From NCBI GenBank assembly GCA_903835075.1, contig CAILLM010000008.1:25498-89497 (forward strand): DNA of 64,000 bases. Direction: 5' to 3'. The translations under genes were made by a program, and so were the position numbers. Under the pieces are notes generated by a model that was given only the letters and a program-made list of their open reading frames with translations, had not been told where the DNA came from and searched no databases. Below, piece by piece: positions 17,822-28,400 of the stretch (the first letter of the stretch is position 1; the number at the start of each line of letters is the position of its first letter). Source of the DNA: Candidatus Staskawiczbacteria bacterium. Lineage in GTDB: Bacteria > Patescibacteriota > Minisyncoccia > Minisyncoccales > Staskawiczbacteraceae.

Positions 17822-20110
17822 TTAAACCTTCCGCCAGTTGTCACTTTCTTCTTCGGGGATTGCTTCTTCAGACTCTGATTCGTCTGGGCCACCGCCAGGA
17901 ACCAACTCCACATTACCAGAAGTCCGTGGGCGCTCGGCTGACCCCTCATAAACTTCTCTTGGTTTTGCGCCATCTGCGGGCCCAACAATTCCCTGCTCTT
18001 CTAACATGTCTATAAGCCTAGCTGCTCTTGAATAACCAATCCTTAAACGCCTTTGCAAAAATGAAGCTGATGCTTTTTTAGTTTCTCTAACAATCTTTTT
18101 AACTTCTTCGAATAATGGATCTTCATTTGCACCACCAAAAAACTCTCCGGCACCACCTCCATCATCCTTGCCACCTTCAACTCTTTCAAGACTTTCTTCC
18201 AAACTATGGCTTAAGGCCTCTTGAGGATCGCCCAGCTTCTTACCTTGTTCAACAATAAAGGCGGCAACTTTTTGAACTTCTTTTTCAGAAATATATGGCC
18301 CCTGAATACGAGTAATTTTCGAAGACTTTGAAGACAAGAAAAGCATATCTCCTGCACTTAACAATTTTTCAGCACCCGAGGTATCAATAACTGTACGCGA
18401 GTCAATTTGTGAAGAAACCTGAAAAGTTATTCTTGTAGGTACATTAGCCTTAATCAAACCAGTAATAACCTCTACAGAAGGTCTTTGGGTGGCCAACACA
18501 AGGTGAATTCCAGTTGCTCTAGCCATTTGAGCCAACCTTACAATTCCAGCTTCAAGCTCTCTTCCTTTTGCAGCCATTAAGTCAGCCAATTCATCAACCA
18601 CAAAAACAATGTATGGCATTTGCAATCCCGAGGCAATTATAGATTTATTTGAATTGTATGAACCAATATTTCTTGCAGGAACTTCTGAAAAAACTTCAAA
18701 ACGTCTTTCCATTTCGTGAGCCAACCAAGTTAAAGCATTTATTGTTTTTGTGGCGTCATAAATAACCGGGCATAATAAGTGTGGAATATCATTATAGTGT
18801 TGGAATTCCACTCTTTTTGGATCAACCATTATCATTCTTAATTGCTCAGGAGTATATTTATAAAGTAAACTCAAAATTAAACTGTTCAAGAAAATAGTTT
18901 TTCCGGTTCCAGTTGCTCCGGCAACCAACAAATGAGGCCCGTCTGCAATGTCAGTATTAACTGCTGCTCCAGAAACATTTCTGCCCAAAGCAATTAATAA
19001 AGGATTTGTAGAATCTTGAAAAGCTGATTGTGAAATTAAATTTCTCAACGTGACTATAGATCTAACTTTGTTTGGGACTTCAATGCCCACCAAAGATTTT
19101 CCAGGAATTGGAGCTTCAATTCTAATTGGGTGAGCTGCCAAAGCCAAAGCCAAATTATTTGATAATGTTGTAATTTTTGACAATTTTACACCTTCAGCAG
19201 GCTTAAAAGCATATTGCGTAACCGTAGGCCCCACATTAACTTCCGCCATTTCAACAGGAATTCCAAAGTTCTCAAGGGTGCTTTTGATTATCATTGAGTT
19301 TTCCTTGATATTTCCCGAAGTTGGCGCTGCCTCATTCTTATTTAGCAAATCCAGCGGAGGCAAAACATAGCTCCCTTTATTAGCGGTAACTGGTTTTTTA
19401 ATATCTGCTTTTTCAGCCTCTTCATTGCCTTTTTTAAACAAAGTAATTCTTGAAGCTGTGGATGGTTTTATACCCTCTTGCTTTTCCAACCCTTTAATTT
19501 TAGGATTGTCATCGTCTTGTTTGTTAGCTGCAAAAGTTGGCTTGTCTTCTTTTCTTCTTTCTTCCTTGGGAATGTCTTGCCAAATGAATTGCAAAAATAC
19601 AAATAATCCAATTAATAAAATAGCTCCAAATATTATATTTGCCACTAAAATACCAAAAAGCCCAACAAAAAGTTGTGCTAAGCGGATACCAATATTATTA
19701 GTTGGACAAGTAATCCAATTACAAGTTACCAACCCAAAATCTTTGACAGCTAAAATTCCAGCAACGCCCACCAATGAAACAAAAACAGCAATAGCCATGG
19801 CCAAATTCTTTCCTTTTTTTCTGCTTCGTAAAAAAATCAAACCAGCAACAAACAAAAATAATGGAATTGTATAAAATGCATTTCCAAATAAAAAGTCACA
19901 AGATTTTGCAAAAATTTCTCCAGCATATCCTGCTTTATTAAAATTTGGAAAAGATAAGACAATGATTATTGCAAATAAAAACAATACAATTGCCTTTATC
20001 CAACGCTTTGTCCAATTACTCAAAATAGTCTCCGTTGGCTTGTCCTTATTATTTTTTTCTTTAAAATTTTTATATTTTTTTTCTTTTTCCTTGTCTTTTT
20101 TTGCCATCAC
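17822..20110 (-). CDS. ftsK: DNA translocase FtsK/SpoIIIE
   Basis: N-terminal TMs, GATGTGKT, VDELADLM, ATQRPS, gamma domain LQRRLRIGYSRAARL. Confidence 0.96.
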   Translation of the reverse strand: MMAKKDKEKEKKYKNFKEKNNKDKPTETILSNWTKRWIKAIVLFLFAIIIVLSFPNFNKAGYAGEIFAKSCDFLFGNAFYTIPLFLFVAGLIFLRSRKKGKNLAMAIAVFVSLVGVAGILAVKDFGLVTCNWITCPTNNIGIRLAQLFVGLFGILVANIIFGAILLIGLFVFLQFIWQDIPKEERRKEDKPTFAANKQDDDNPKIKGLEKQEGIKPSTASRITLFKKGNEEAEKADIKKPVTANKGSYVLPPLDLLNKNEAAPTSGNIKENSMIIKSTLENFGIPVEMAEVNVGPTVTQYAFKPAEGVKLSKITTLSNNLALALAAHPIRIEAPIPGKSLVGIEVPNKVRSIVTLRNLISQSAFQDSTNPLLIALGRNVSGAAVNTDIADGPHLLVAGATGTGKTIFLNSLILSLLYKYTPEQLRMIMVDPKRVEFQHYNDIPHLLCPVIYDATKTINALTWLAHEMERRFEVFSEVPARNIGSYNSNKSIIASGLQMPYIVFVVDELADLMAAKGRELEAGIVRLAQMARATGIHLVLATQRPSVEVITGLIKANVPTRITFQVSSQIDSRTVIDTSGAEKLLSAGDMLFLSSKSSKITRIQGPYISEKEVQKVAAFIVEQGKKLGDPQEALSHSLEESLERVEGGKDDGGGAGEFFGGANEDPLFEEVKKIVRETKKASASFLQRRLRIGYSRAARLIDMLEEQGIVGPADGAKPREVYEGSAERPRTSGNVELVPGGGPDESESEEAIPEEESDNWRKV

Positions 20111-20276
20111 TATAATTTTTAATTATTATGTTATTATATTACAAGTGAGGATAAAGTAAATAAGCCACAGTTTATTTACTTTTGACGAACGCAGTAATAT
20201 ATTCATTCAAGTTGCACCTACTGCGGGCAGGCAGGTAAAAAAAGACCGCAGATAAGACCTGCGGTAGTCGCTAAAA

Positions 20277-20489
20277 CTAGTGTTGTTGATTTATTCTGCT
20301 ACGATACCAATACGTGGCACCAGCAAGGGCGTCGGCAATTCCTAGCCATAAACCCCATTGAAAAAGCCCTTCCCCGCCATACAAACCAATTGCCATCAAA
20401 ATCATGGCAATCATTAGAGAAAAAATCCATACGCCAATGGCAAACCTGGCTAATGGGTTTTTCTTGTTTTTCCTTATGGGTTTAAACAT
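20277..20489 (-). CDS. Small two-TM hypothetical protein
   Basis: ORF with two hydrophobic segments overlapping the upstream ORF end. Confidence 0.55.
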   Translation of the reverse strand: MFKPIRKNKKNPLARFAIGVWIFSLMIAMILMAIGLYGGEGLFQWGLWLGIADALAGATYWYRSRINQQH

Positions 20490-20944
20490 TTTTTTGCTTT
20501 CTTTAGTGCAGCTTCAAGCTCAGCGGATGTAGATATTTCACAATCCACCATTTCAAGAACCCATATGTCTACAAGACTGCCACTTACCGTTCTATGCCAA
20601 TGTGCGCCAATTGCCGACGGGATCAGCTTAAGCGCTTCCACCAACTTCTCAATTGAGGCAATATCGCGGTATCCCATAGATATGGGCACACCATTCTGTA
20701 ATTCAATTATATGATATCGCCTCTTTGCGACTAACGGATGACCAACTTCCCAACGCTTCTTGTCCCGATTATAACAAGCATTTAATGTCTGCCCTTCAAA
20801 TTCCTCGGATCCCTCTTGTTTGGGCACCACCTTAACATCGCGATGAAGAATAACTCCCTCTTTTTTCTCGCCAGCCATGGCATAAACTATCGGTCCGTCT
20901 CTTCCCGTTCTACCCAGTAAAACAACTTCAATTCTAGTTTTCAT
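20474..20944 (-). CDS. Hypothetical protein
   Basis: ORF; ATG at 20944 (MKTRIEVV) preferred. Confidence 0.6.
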   Translation of the reverse strand: MKTRIEVVLLGRTGRDGPIVYAMAGEKKEGVILHRDVKVVPKQEGSEEFEGQTLNACYNRDKKRWEVGHPLVAKRRYHIIELQNGVPISMGYRDIASIEKLVEALKLIPSAIGAHWHRTVSGSLVDIWVLEMVDCEISTSAELEAALKKAKKCLNP

Positions 20945-21083
20945 AATTATATTATCAACCGCGGAGATCTTTCCCGCGTTGCTGTTTGCAATATACCATT
21001 TTTCTATAAAAATGTCCATATTATCACAAACAAAATACCCCCGCACAAGGCAAGAATAATTCTAAAAATATATAAAACATTTT

Positions 21084-21116
21084 TAGTAGTTTTTTGGCTC
21101 GAGCCAAAAAACTACG
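21084..21116. repeat. Left inverted repeat containing 30-bp perfect palindrome
   Basis: TA-GTAGTTTTTTGGCTCGAGCCAAAAAACTAC-G. Confidence 0.95.
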
Positions 21117-21651
21117 ATATTCCAAACCTAAATTTAACCTTATCCTGGTTGTCTATAAAATCTAACAACCCAAACCTAACATATTTTTCAATTTTAAATA
21201 ATTTTACAAAATCATCAATTTCCTTCTTACAATCATAAGGATATAAAAAAATACTCTCCTGCAACTCATAAAACCCACCCATTTTTAATCTATAATTAAG
21301 AGCGTTTCGGCCCTTTCTGCATTTATTGGGTATATCAAATGCCACCATACGCCATTTGCCGTCCCATTTTTCTTTTTTATTACTAAGCCTCCTAAATCTA
21401 AAGTTAATGGCTCGCAGAAAACCCCTCTCGGTTAAAGAAACCAAAATCGATCCTTCATAGCTTTTTTTGTTTTCAATTAACTTTTGCCTCTTAAGATCAT
21501 AAACTGCAGAATTTAATTGTTTTGAAGTAAAATTATGAACATCTCTTAACACTTCATTTAAAATAAAAAACCTGCCGTCTCCGCGGGCGCCAACTTTTTG
21601 CTCGGTTTGGTAATAAATGCTCCACAATATTTCATCTAAAATCTCCCTCAT
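21112..21651 (-). CDS. PaaX-like protein (winged HTH plus Cas2-like domain)
   Basis: LKRQKLI...SLTERG wHTH; WDGKWRMVAFDIP...R..L...GF..LQESIF..PYDC. Confidence 0.82.
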   Translation of the reverse strand: MREILDEILWSIYYQTEQKVGARGDGRFFILNEVLRDVHNFTSKQLNSAVYDLKRQKLIENKKSYEGSILVSLTERGFLRAINFRFRRLSNKKEKWDGKWRMVAFDIPNKCRKGRNALNYRLKMGGFYELQESIFLYPYDCKKEIDDFVKLFKIEKYVRFGLLDFIDNQDKVKFRFGIS

Positions 21652-21707
21652 ACCTTTATTATACCAGAATAAATTAAAGGCATGGTATAGTATAGCTTAA
21701 AAGGGCC

Positions 21708-21740
21708 CGTAGTTTTTTGGCTCGAGCCAAAAAACTACTA
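21708..21740. repeat. Right inverted repeat containing the identical 30-bp palindrome
   Basis: C-GTAGTTTTTTGGCTCGAGCCAAAAAACTAC-TA. Confidence 0.95.
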
Positions 21741-21847
21741 TAATCTGCAATCTTATATTACTTACTGTTATCGCCTAAATTCATAAAAACTATACAAAAT
21801 ATACAAAAAATACCCCACCATTTTGTGGTGAGGTATTTCTATATTTT

Positions 21848-24800
21848 CTATTCTTCTTCTTTTACTCTTGGAATAAATCCTGTTCCAACTGGAATAAGTT
21901 TTCCAATAATCACGTTTTCTTTTAATCCACGTAATTTATCTTCTTTTCCTTCAAGGGAGGCCTTAATCAAAACTCTTGATGTTTGTTGGAAAGAAGCAGC
22001 TGATAAGAATGATTCTGAGTTCAAAGCAACTTCAGAAATCCCCAACAACATTTGCACACCAATTGGTGGCGCCTTCTTTTCTTTTTTCAATCTATCAACT
22101 TCTTCATTGAAAATTTCTCTTTCTATAACCTCTCCCCTTATCCATCCTGAATCTCCCTCTTCCTTAACTTTAATTCTTGAGAACATTTTTTGAATAATTA
22201 TTTCAATATGCTTATCATTTATATCAACTCCTTGTGAAGAATAAATTCTTTGGACTTCCTGCAAAATATATCTTTGAGTTGCTTGGACTCCTGCAGATTT
22301 GTAAAGTTTTTTCAAATCCAAACTTCCATCACATAATGGTTGATTTTCCTTAATTTCTTGACCCTTTCCAACCAAAATTGCAATTCTTCCTGGAATTTTA
22401 TACTCTATTATATCTTTTTTATTTCCAACTTTTTTATCTGCTTGAATTTTAACAATTCTTCTTTCTTCATCAACATCAATAACTTTTCCTTCCACCAAAG
22501 ACATTATTGCTTCTCCTTTTGGAGATCGGCACTCAAAAATTTCTTCAATTCTTGGTAAACCACTGGTAATATCTCCTGCTCCCACAATACCTCCCAAATG
22601 GTGAGTTCTTAATGTAAGCTGAGTTCCAGGTTCTCCAATAGCTTGAGCAGCTACAATTCCAACTGCTTCTCCTGGCTTAACATGAGTGTTTCTTCCCATG
22701 TCCCAGCCATAACATTTCTGACAAACTTTTTGAGAAGATTTACAAGTTAATGGTGAAGCAACAACAACACTGGTGATTCCTATTTCTTCTGCAATTGCCT
22801 TAGCTGCTTGCCAATTGATTGCTTCATTCTTTTTAACAAAAACCATTTTACCATGTTCAACTGTTTCCAAAGCTGTTCTACCAACTATTTTGAACACAAA
22901 GTCTTGTTCAATTGCTTCAGCGTCTTTTTTGTATACAGTTAAACCTGCTTTATCTCCACAGTCTTCTTCAGCAACAATTACGTCGTGTGCAACATCAACC
23001 AATCTTCTAGTTAAATATCCTGCTGAAGATGTTCTTAAAGCTGAGTCTGCAGTACCTTTTCTAGCTCCGTGAGTTGAAATAAAATATTCCAAAACATTAA
23101 AACCTTCCGTGAAAGATGCTTTTACTGGTAATTCTATAATATCTCCTGAAGGATTGTTCACCAAACCTTTCATACCAGCCATTTGAACTGGCTGAGCCCA
23201 AGTAGCCCTAGCACCAGCAGTAATAATAGACATAACTGGTCCATCTTTAGGCAATGTTGTTTTTAACAAAGCTTCAAGTTTTGACTTAACAGTTTGCCAA
23301 ATTAAAATCTTTTGAGATGTCTTTTCATCAGCAGACAAAAGTCCTTTTTCAAAATGATTATCAATTTTTCTTACTTCACCTTCAGCTGCGTCAATTAATT
23401 CTTTCTTTTCTTTTGGAACTATCAAGTCATCCATTCCCCAACTTACTCCAGACAATGTGCAGTATTCAAAACCCAACATTTTTATTTTATCAATAATAAC
23501 AACTGCCTCTTCATTAGGATATTTTTCAATAATTTCCCTAACAATTCCTTTTAATACTTTGTTATCAATTAATTTATTTATGTATGGGTAATCATCTGGC
23601 AAAACTTCGTTTAAAATCAACCTGCCCACTGTGGTTTCAAGTAATTCGTGTTTTCCTTCTGGATGTTTTGGATGGGGAACATAAATAACATCATTTTGAC
23701 CCAAAAACTTATATTCAAAAGCAGTTTTTGCTTCAGAAGCGCTTGAATATGTTTTTATTTTCTTTGGATCTGTCCGGTCTTGAACATTACTTAATTTTGT
23801 TAAATAATAACAACCCAAAGCAATATCTCTAAACGGCCCCATAACTGGCATACCTGTTGCTGGTCTTAAAAGGTTTAGAGTAGAAAGCATAATTTCTCTT
23901 GCTTCTTTTTGAGCCTCATCAGACAAAGGCAAGTAAACAGCCATTTGGTCACCATCAAAGTCAGCATTAAAAGCTTCACAAACCAATGGGTGTAATTTAA
24001 TTGTTTCTCCTTCTGTTAAAATTGGCCTAAAAGCTTGGATACCAAGTCTATGCAAGGTTGGAGCTCTATTTAACAACACCAATTTATCTTTAATTATTTC
24101 TTCCAAAATAGCCCAAACTTCAGGAGTTTTTTCTTCAACTAATCTAGCAGCTCCTCTAATGTTATAGGCTAATTCTTTATCTAAAATTCTTTTAATTACA
24201 AATGGTTTAAAAATTTCCAATGCTAGTGTTTTTGGCAAACCGCATTGTGAAAATTTTAATTCAGGAACAACTGAAATAACCGATCTTCCGGAATAATCAA
24301 CACGTTTTCCCAAAAGGTTTTGTCTAAATCTTCCTTGTTTACCAGCCAACATTGCAGCTAAAGATTTCAACAATCTCTTTCCACCAGTTGTAGCAGTTGT
24401 TGTAACCCCCTTTCTCATTTCGTTATCAATTAAAGCGTCAACAGCTTCCTGCAACATTCTTTTTTCGTTTCTAACAATAACTGGTGGGGCTTTTATTTCT
24501 TGTAAATATTTTAACCTATTATTTCTGTTGATAACTCTTCTGTATAAATCATTTAAGTCCGAAGAAGCATATCTTCCACCATCTAATTGAACCATTGGTC
24601 TTAAATCTGGTGGTAAAACAGGTAAAACATCCATGAACATCCATTCTGGTCTTACATTTGCTCTTAACATTCCTTGAAAAAGTTTCAATCTTCTTAGAAT
24701 CTTTTTCTTTGTTGCCGGAGGTGCTTCTTGAGCTTCTAATTTAATTTTTTCTGTTTCTGCTTCTAAATCAATTTTTGAAAATATTTCTTTTACAACTTCA

Positions 24801-25435
24801 GCTCCTGTGCCTGCCTCAAAAACCTCTCCATATTTCATTGAAATTGTATGATAAACAACTTCAGACAAAATTCTTAAAGGCTTTATGTCTAATAATTCTT
24901 CCTTGGCTTTTTCTCTGGCTTGTTTTAATTCTGTTTTTGCGGCTTCGGTTTTTTCTTTTTTAACTTTTGATTTATATTCTTGTTCAATTGCTTCCATTAT
25001 GGCGTCCCTGGCAGCTTCGTTAACACTGGTAATAATATAAGATGAAAAATAAATAACTTTTTCTAATTGCTGAGAACTTTTATCTAAAACCAAACCCATT
25101 CTTGAGGGAACTCCTCTTAAAAACCAAATATGCGAAACTGGAGTATACAACTTAATGTGCCCCATTCTTTCACGCCTTACAGAAGACTTTGTAACTTCAA
25201 CTCCGCATCTATCACAAACAACTCCTTTATATCTTATTCTTTTGTATTTTCCACAAGCACACTCATAGTCTTTTTCAGGCCCAAAAATTCTTTCATCAAA
25301 AAGTCCGTCCTTTTCAGGTTTTTGCGTGCGGTAGTTAATTGTTTCTGGTTTAATTACTTCGCCATGAGACCAGGACATTATGTCCTCGGGTGAAGCAATT
25401 TTAATTCTGATTGATTCTAAGTCTAATACTCGCAT
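21848..25435 (-). CDS. rpoC: RNA polymerase beta' subunit
   Basis: NADFDGD, Zn-finger CACGKYK...CDRC, GEPGTQLT. Confidence 0.99.
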   Translation of the reverse strand: MRVLDLESIRIKIASPEDIMSWSHGEVIKPETINYRTQKPEKDGLFDERIFGPEKDYECACGKYKRIRYKGVVCDRCGVEVTKSSVRRERMGHIKLYTPVSHIWFLRGVPSRMGLVLDKSSQQLEKVIYFSSYIITSVNEAARDAIMEAIEQEYKSKVKKEKTEAAKTELKQAREKAKEELLDIKPLRILSEVVYHTISMKYGEVFEAGTGAEVVKEIFSKIDLEAETEKIKLEAQEAPPATKKKILRRLKLFQGMLRANVRPEWMFMDVLPVLPPDLRPMVQLDGGRYASSDLNDLYRRVINRNNRLKYLQEIKAPPVIVRNEKRMLQEAVDALIDNEMRKGVTTTATTGGKRLLKSLAAMLAGKQGRFRQNLLGKRVDYSGRSVISVVPELKFSQCGLPKTLALEIFKPFVIKRILDKELAYNIRGAARLVEEKTPEVWAILEEIIKDKLVLLNRAPTLHRLGIQAFRPILTEGETIKLHPLVCEAFNADFDGDQMAVYLPLSDEAQKEAREIMLSTLNLLRPATGMPVMGPFRDIALGCYYLTKLSNVQDRTDPKKIKTYSSASEAKTAFEYKFLGQNDVIYVPHPKHPEGKHELLETTVGRLILNEVLPDDYPYINKLIDNKVLKGIVREIIEKYPNEEAVVIIDKIKMLGFEYCTLSGVSWGMDDLIVPKEKKELIDAAEGEVRKIDNHFEKGLLSADEKTSQKILIWQTVKSKLEALLKTTLPKDGPVMSIITAGARATWAQPVQMAGMKGLVNNPSGDIIELPVKASFTEGFNVLEYFISTHGARKGTADSALRTSSAGYLTRRLVDVAHDVIVAEEDCGDKAGLTVYKKDAEAIEQDFVFKIVGRTALETVEHGKMVFVKKNEAINWQAAKAIAEEIGITSVVVASPLTCKSSQKVCQKCYGWDMGRNTHVKPGEAVGIVAAQAIGEPGTQLTLRTHHLGGIVGAGDITSGLPRIEEIFECRSPKGEAIMSLVEGKVIDVDEERRIVKIQADKKVGNKKDIIEYKIPGRIAILVGKGQEIKENQPLCDGSLDLKKLYKSAGVQATQRYILQEVQRIYSSQGVDINDKHIEIIIQKMFSRIKVKEEGDSGWIRGEVIEREIFNEEVDRLKKEKKAPPIGVQMLLGISEVALNSESFLSAASFQQTSRVLIKASLEGKEDKLRGLKENVIIGKLIPVGTGFIPRVKEEE

Positions 25436-25473
25436 GGGTTTAAGTTTTAGTTTATTTTAGAAACTATAAATTT

Positions 25474-28400
25474 TTATCTGTTGTCTCTTCTGTTTTCGCG
25501 TTCGTCATCGCGTTCTAATCTTGGTCTTTCTTTGACTTCTACTGACATACCAAGAGATTTTAACTCAGCAACGAGCAAATTAAAGGAAGCTGGAATATTT
25601 GGATTCCTAATTGGCTCACCTTTTAATATAGACTCGTAAGCTGCGGCTCTTCCTTGGACATCGTCAGATTTAATTGTTAACATTTCCTGCAAAATATGAG
25701 CCACTCCATAACCTTCGAGTGCCCACACCTCCATTTCTCCAAATCTCTGACCTCCAAATTGAGCTTTTCCGCCCAATGGTTGTTGAGTAATTAAAGAATA
25801 AGGCCCAATAGATCTGGCGTGAACTTTATCATCAACCATGTGAATTAATTTCATCACATACATATATCCAACCGTAACTGGAGTTGGAAATGGCAAACCT
25901 GTTCGGCCATCATAAATTGTCATTTGACCAGATTCTGGCAAACCTGCTAATTTTAATTCCCTTTTAACATCTTCTTGGTTGGCCCCAATTAAAGCAGGAG
26001 TAATAGCCAAATATCCCAATGCATGAGCTGCTAATCCAAGGTGAGTTTCTAAAATTTGTCCCAAGTTCATACGAGAAGGAACCGACAATGGGGAAATTAC
26101 CAAATCAACTGGAGTTCCGTCTGCCAAAAATGGCATTTCATGTTCAGCCAAAACTCTTGAGACAACTCCTTTGTTTCCGTGCCTTCCCACCAATTTATCT
26201 CCAACTTTTGCTTTTCTAGATTCAGCAACTTCAACTTTAATTCTTTTTATAACTCCAGGCTCCAATTTGTGACCCAAGTCTCTTGAGAAAATTGTTACAT
26301 TAACAACTTTTCCATTTTTTCCATGCTCCATTCTCAAAGAAGAATCTTTTACATCTTTAGCTTTATCTCCAAAAATTGCTCTTAGCAATCTTTCTTCAGG
26401 AGTTAATTCTGCTTCTCCTTTTGGTGAAATTTTTCCAACCAAAATGTCGTTTGGGCCAACGGCTGCTCCAACCCTTATAATTCCTTCTTCGTCTAAATCT
26501 TTTAATTTTTCTTCTCCAACGTTTGGAATATCACTTGTTGTAACTTCGGGTCCAAGTTTTGTTTCACGCACATCACAAGTAAAATCTTCAATGTGAATTG
26601 ATGTAAATTCATCTTCTTTACCAAGTCTTTCTGAAATTGTCATTGAGTCTTCAAATCCTCCTCCTCTCAAAGGCAAGAAACAAACTAACACATTTCTACC
26701 CAATGCCAATCTTCCTTGAGAAATTGCAGCTCCATCGGCCAAAACATCTCCTTTTTTAACTTTTTCACCTTTTTCAACAATTGGCTTTTGGTGGAAGCAT
26801 GAGTATTGGTTGGTTCTTACAAAAGTTTGCAATTCATAATCTTCTTCTCTAGCTGGTTTTTTGCCAGAAGCTTCGTATTTAACTAAAATATGTTGTCCGT
26901 CAACTTCTTTAATAACTCCATCAGCTTCAGCTAAAATAACTTGCCCAGAATCTCTAGCAACATTTCTTTCTGTTCCTGTTCCAACCAAAGGAGCCTCTGG
27001 TTTTATAAGAGGTACTGCCTGACGTTGCATGTTAGAACCCATCAATGCACGAGATGCGTCGTCATGATTTAAAAATGGAATTAATGAAGTAGCAACTGAA
27101 ATAAATTGCTTTGAAGAAACATCTATATAGTCAATGTCCTCAATTTTAACTTCTTCTGGCTCACCTTTAACTCTAGCCTCAACTTTGTCTGGGGCAATCT
27201 CGGGAAGAATTTTTAATGCATCTGTTAGTGGGACTGAAGCAGGGGCAACATTGTGCCTTTCTTCTTCTTGGGCTGATAAATATTCAACCACGTCAGTGAC
27301 TTTACCATTTTTAACTTTAAAATATGGAGCTTCAATAAAACCATAAGGGTTTATTTTGGCAAAAGTAGCCAAGTGGCCTACCAAACCAACGTTAGGACCT
27401 TCTGGGGTCTCAATAGGACAAATTCTACCATAGTGAGAAGGCTGAACGTCTCTAACTTCAAAACCAGCTCTTTCTCTGGTTAATCCACCAGGTCCTGTTG
27501 TTGTCAATCTTCTTTTATGCTCTAATTCTGCCAATGGATTTTCGTTATCCATAAACTGCGAGAATTGGGATGAAGTAAAAAATTCCTTAACAACTGCAAT
27601 TAGTGGTCTTGGGTTTATAAGCTGTATTGGCGTAATTGTGCTGGCCTCTAATGTGGACATTTTATCTTTTATAATTCTTTCCATTCTCATCAAGCCAACT
27701 CTCAATCTGTTTTGCAAAAGCTCAGACAATGTTCTAACTCTTCTATTTCCTAAGTGGTCAACCTGATCAGCTTTGGCCATTGGGTCGTTGTTCAATCTAA
27801 TAACTTCCTTAACAACTTCCACAATATCTTCAATTTTCAACATTCTATCCTCTTTCTTGATTTCTGAATTTAAATCTTTGGGGGCTAAGTTTGGTAAGCG
27901 CAACCATGTTTTCCATCTTCCAACTTTTGACAAGTCATATCTGTCAAAATTAAAAAACATATTAAAAATTAAATCCTGAGCTGTATCTGGAGTAACCAAA
28001 TCACCTGGTCTTAATCTTCTGTAAACTTCCACTAAAGCTTCTTTTTGGTCTTTACAAGTGTCACGTTTTAATGTTTCTTTTATATATTGTATTTCTCCTG
28101 TATCAATATCTTTGAATGCATCTTCAACTGCTTTAATGTCCTTTAAGCCCAAAGCCATCAACAAGGTTGTTGCAGGAACTTTTCTTTTCCTATTTATTTT
28201 GACTCCAATAAATCCTGACTCTTCTGTTTCAAATTCAAGCCAAGCTCCGCGGTTGGGAATAATCTTAGAACCAAAATAATTTTTTCCTCTCCAAAGTCTG
28301 GCGGTAAAAAATGCTCCCGGAGAACGAATTAACTGTGAAACAATAACTCTTTCAACTCCATTTACAACAAAAGTTGCCCTTTCTGTCATAACAGGGAAAT

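Noticed and set aside
21084-21740. CRISPR-Cas locus suggested by the Cas2-like domain and 30-bp repeats
   Set aside because: Only two repeats 623 bp apart with a gene between; no spacers or other cas genes in the window
21825-28279. Short + strand ORFs opposite rpoBC (and similar shadows elsewhere)
   Set aside because: Antisense shadows of long conserved genes with no recognisable motifs
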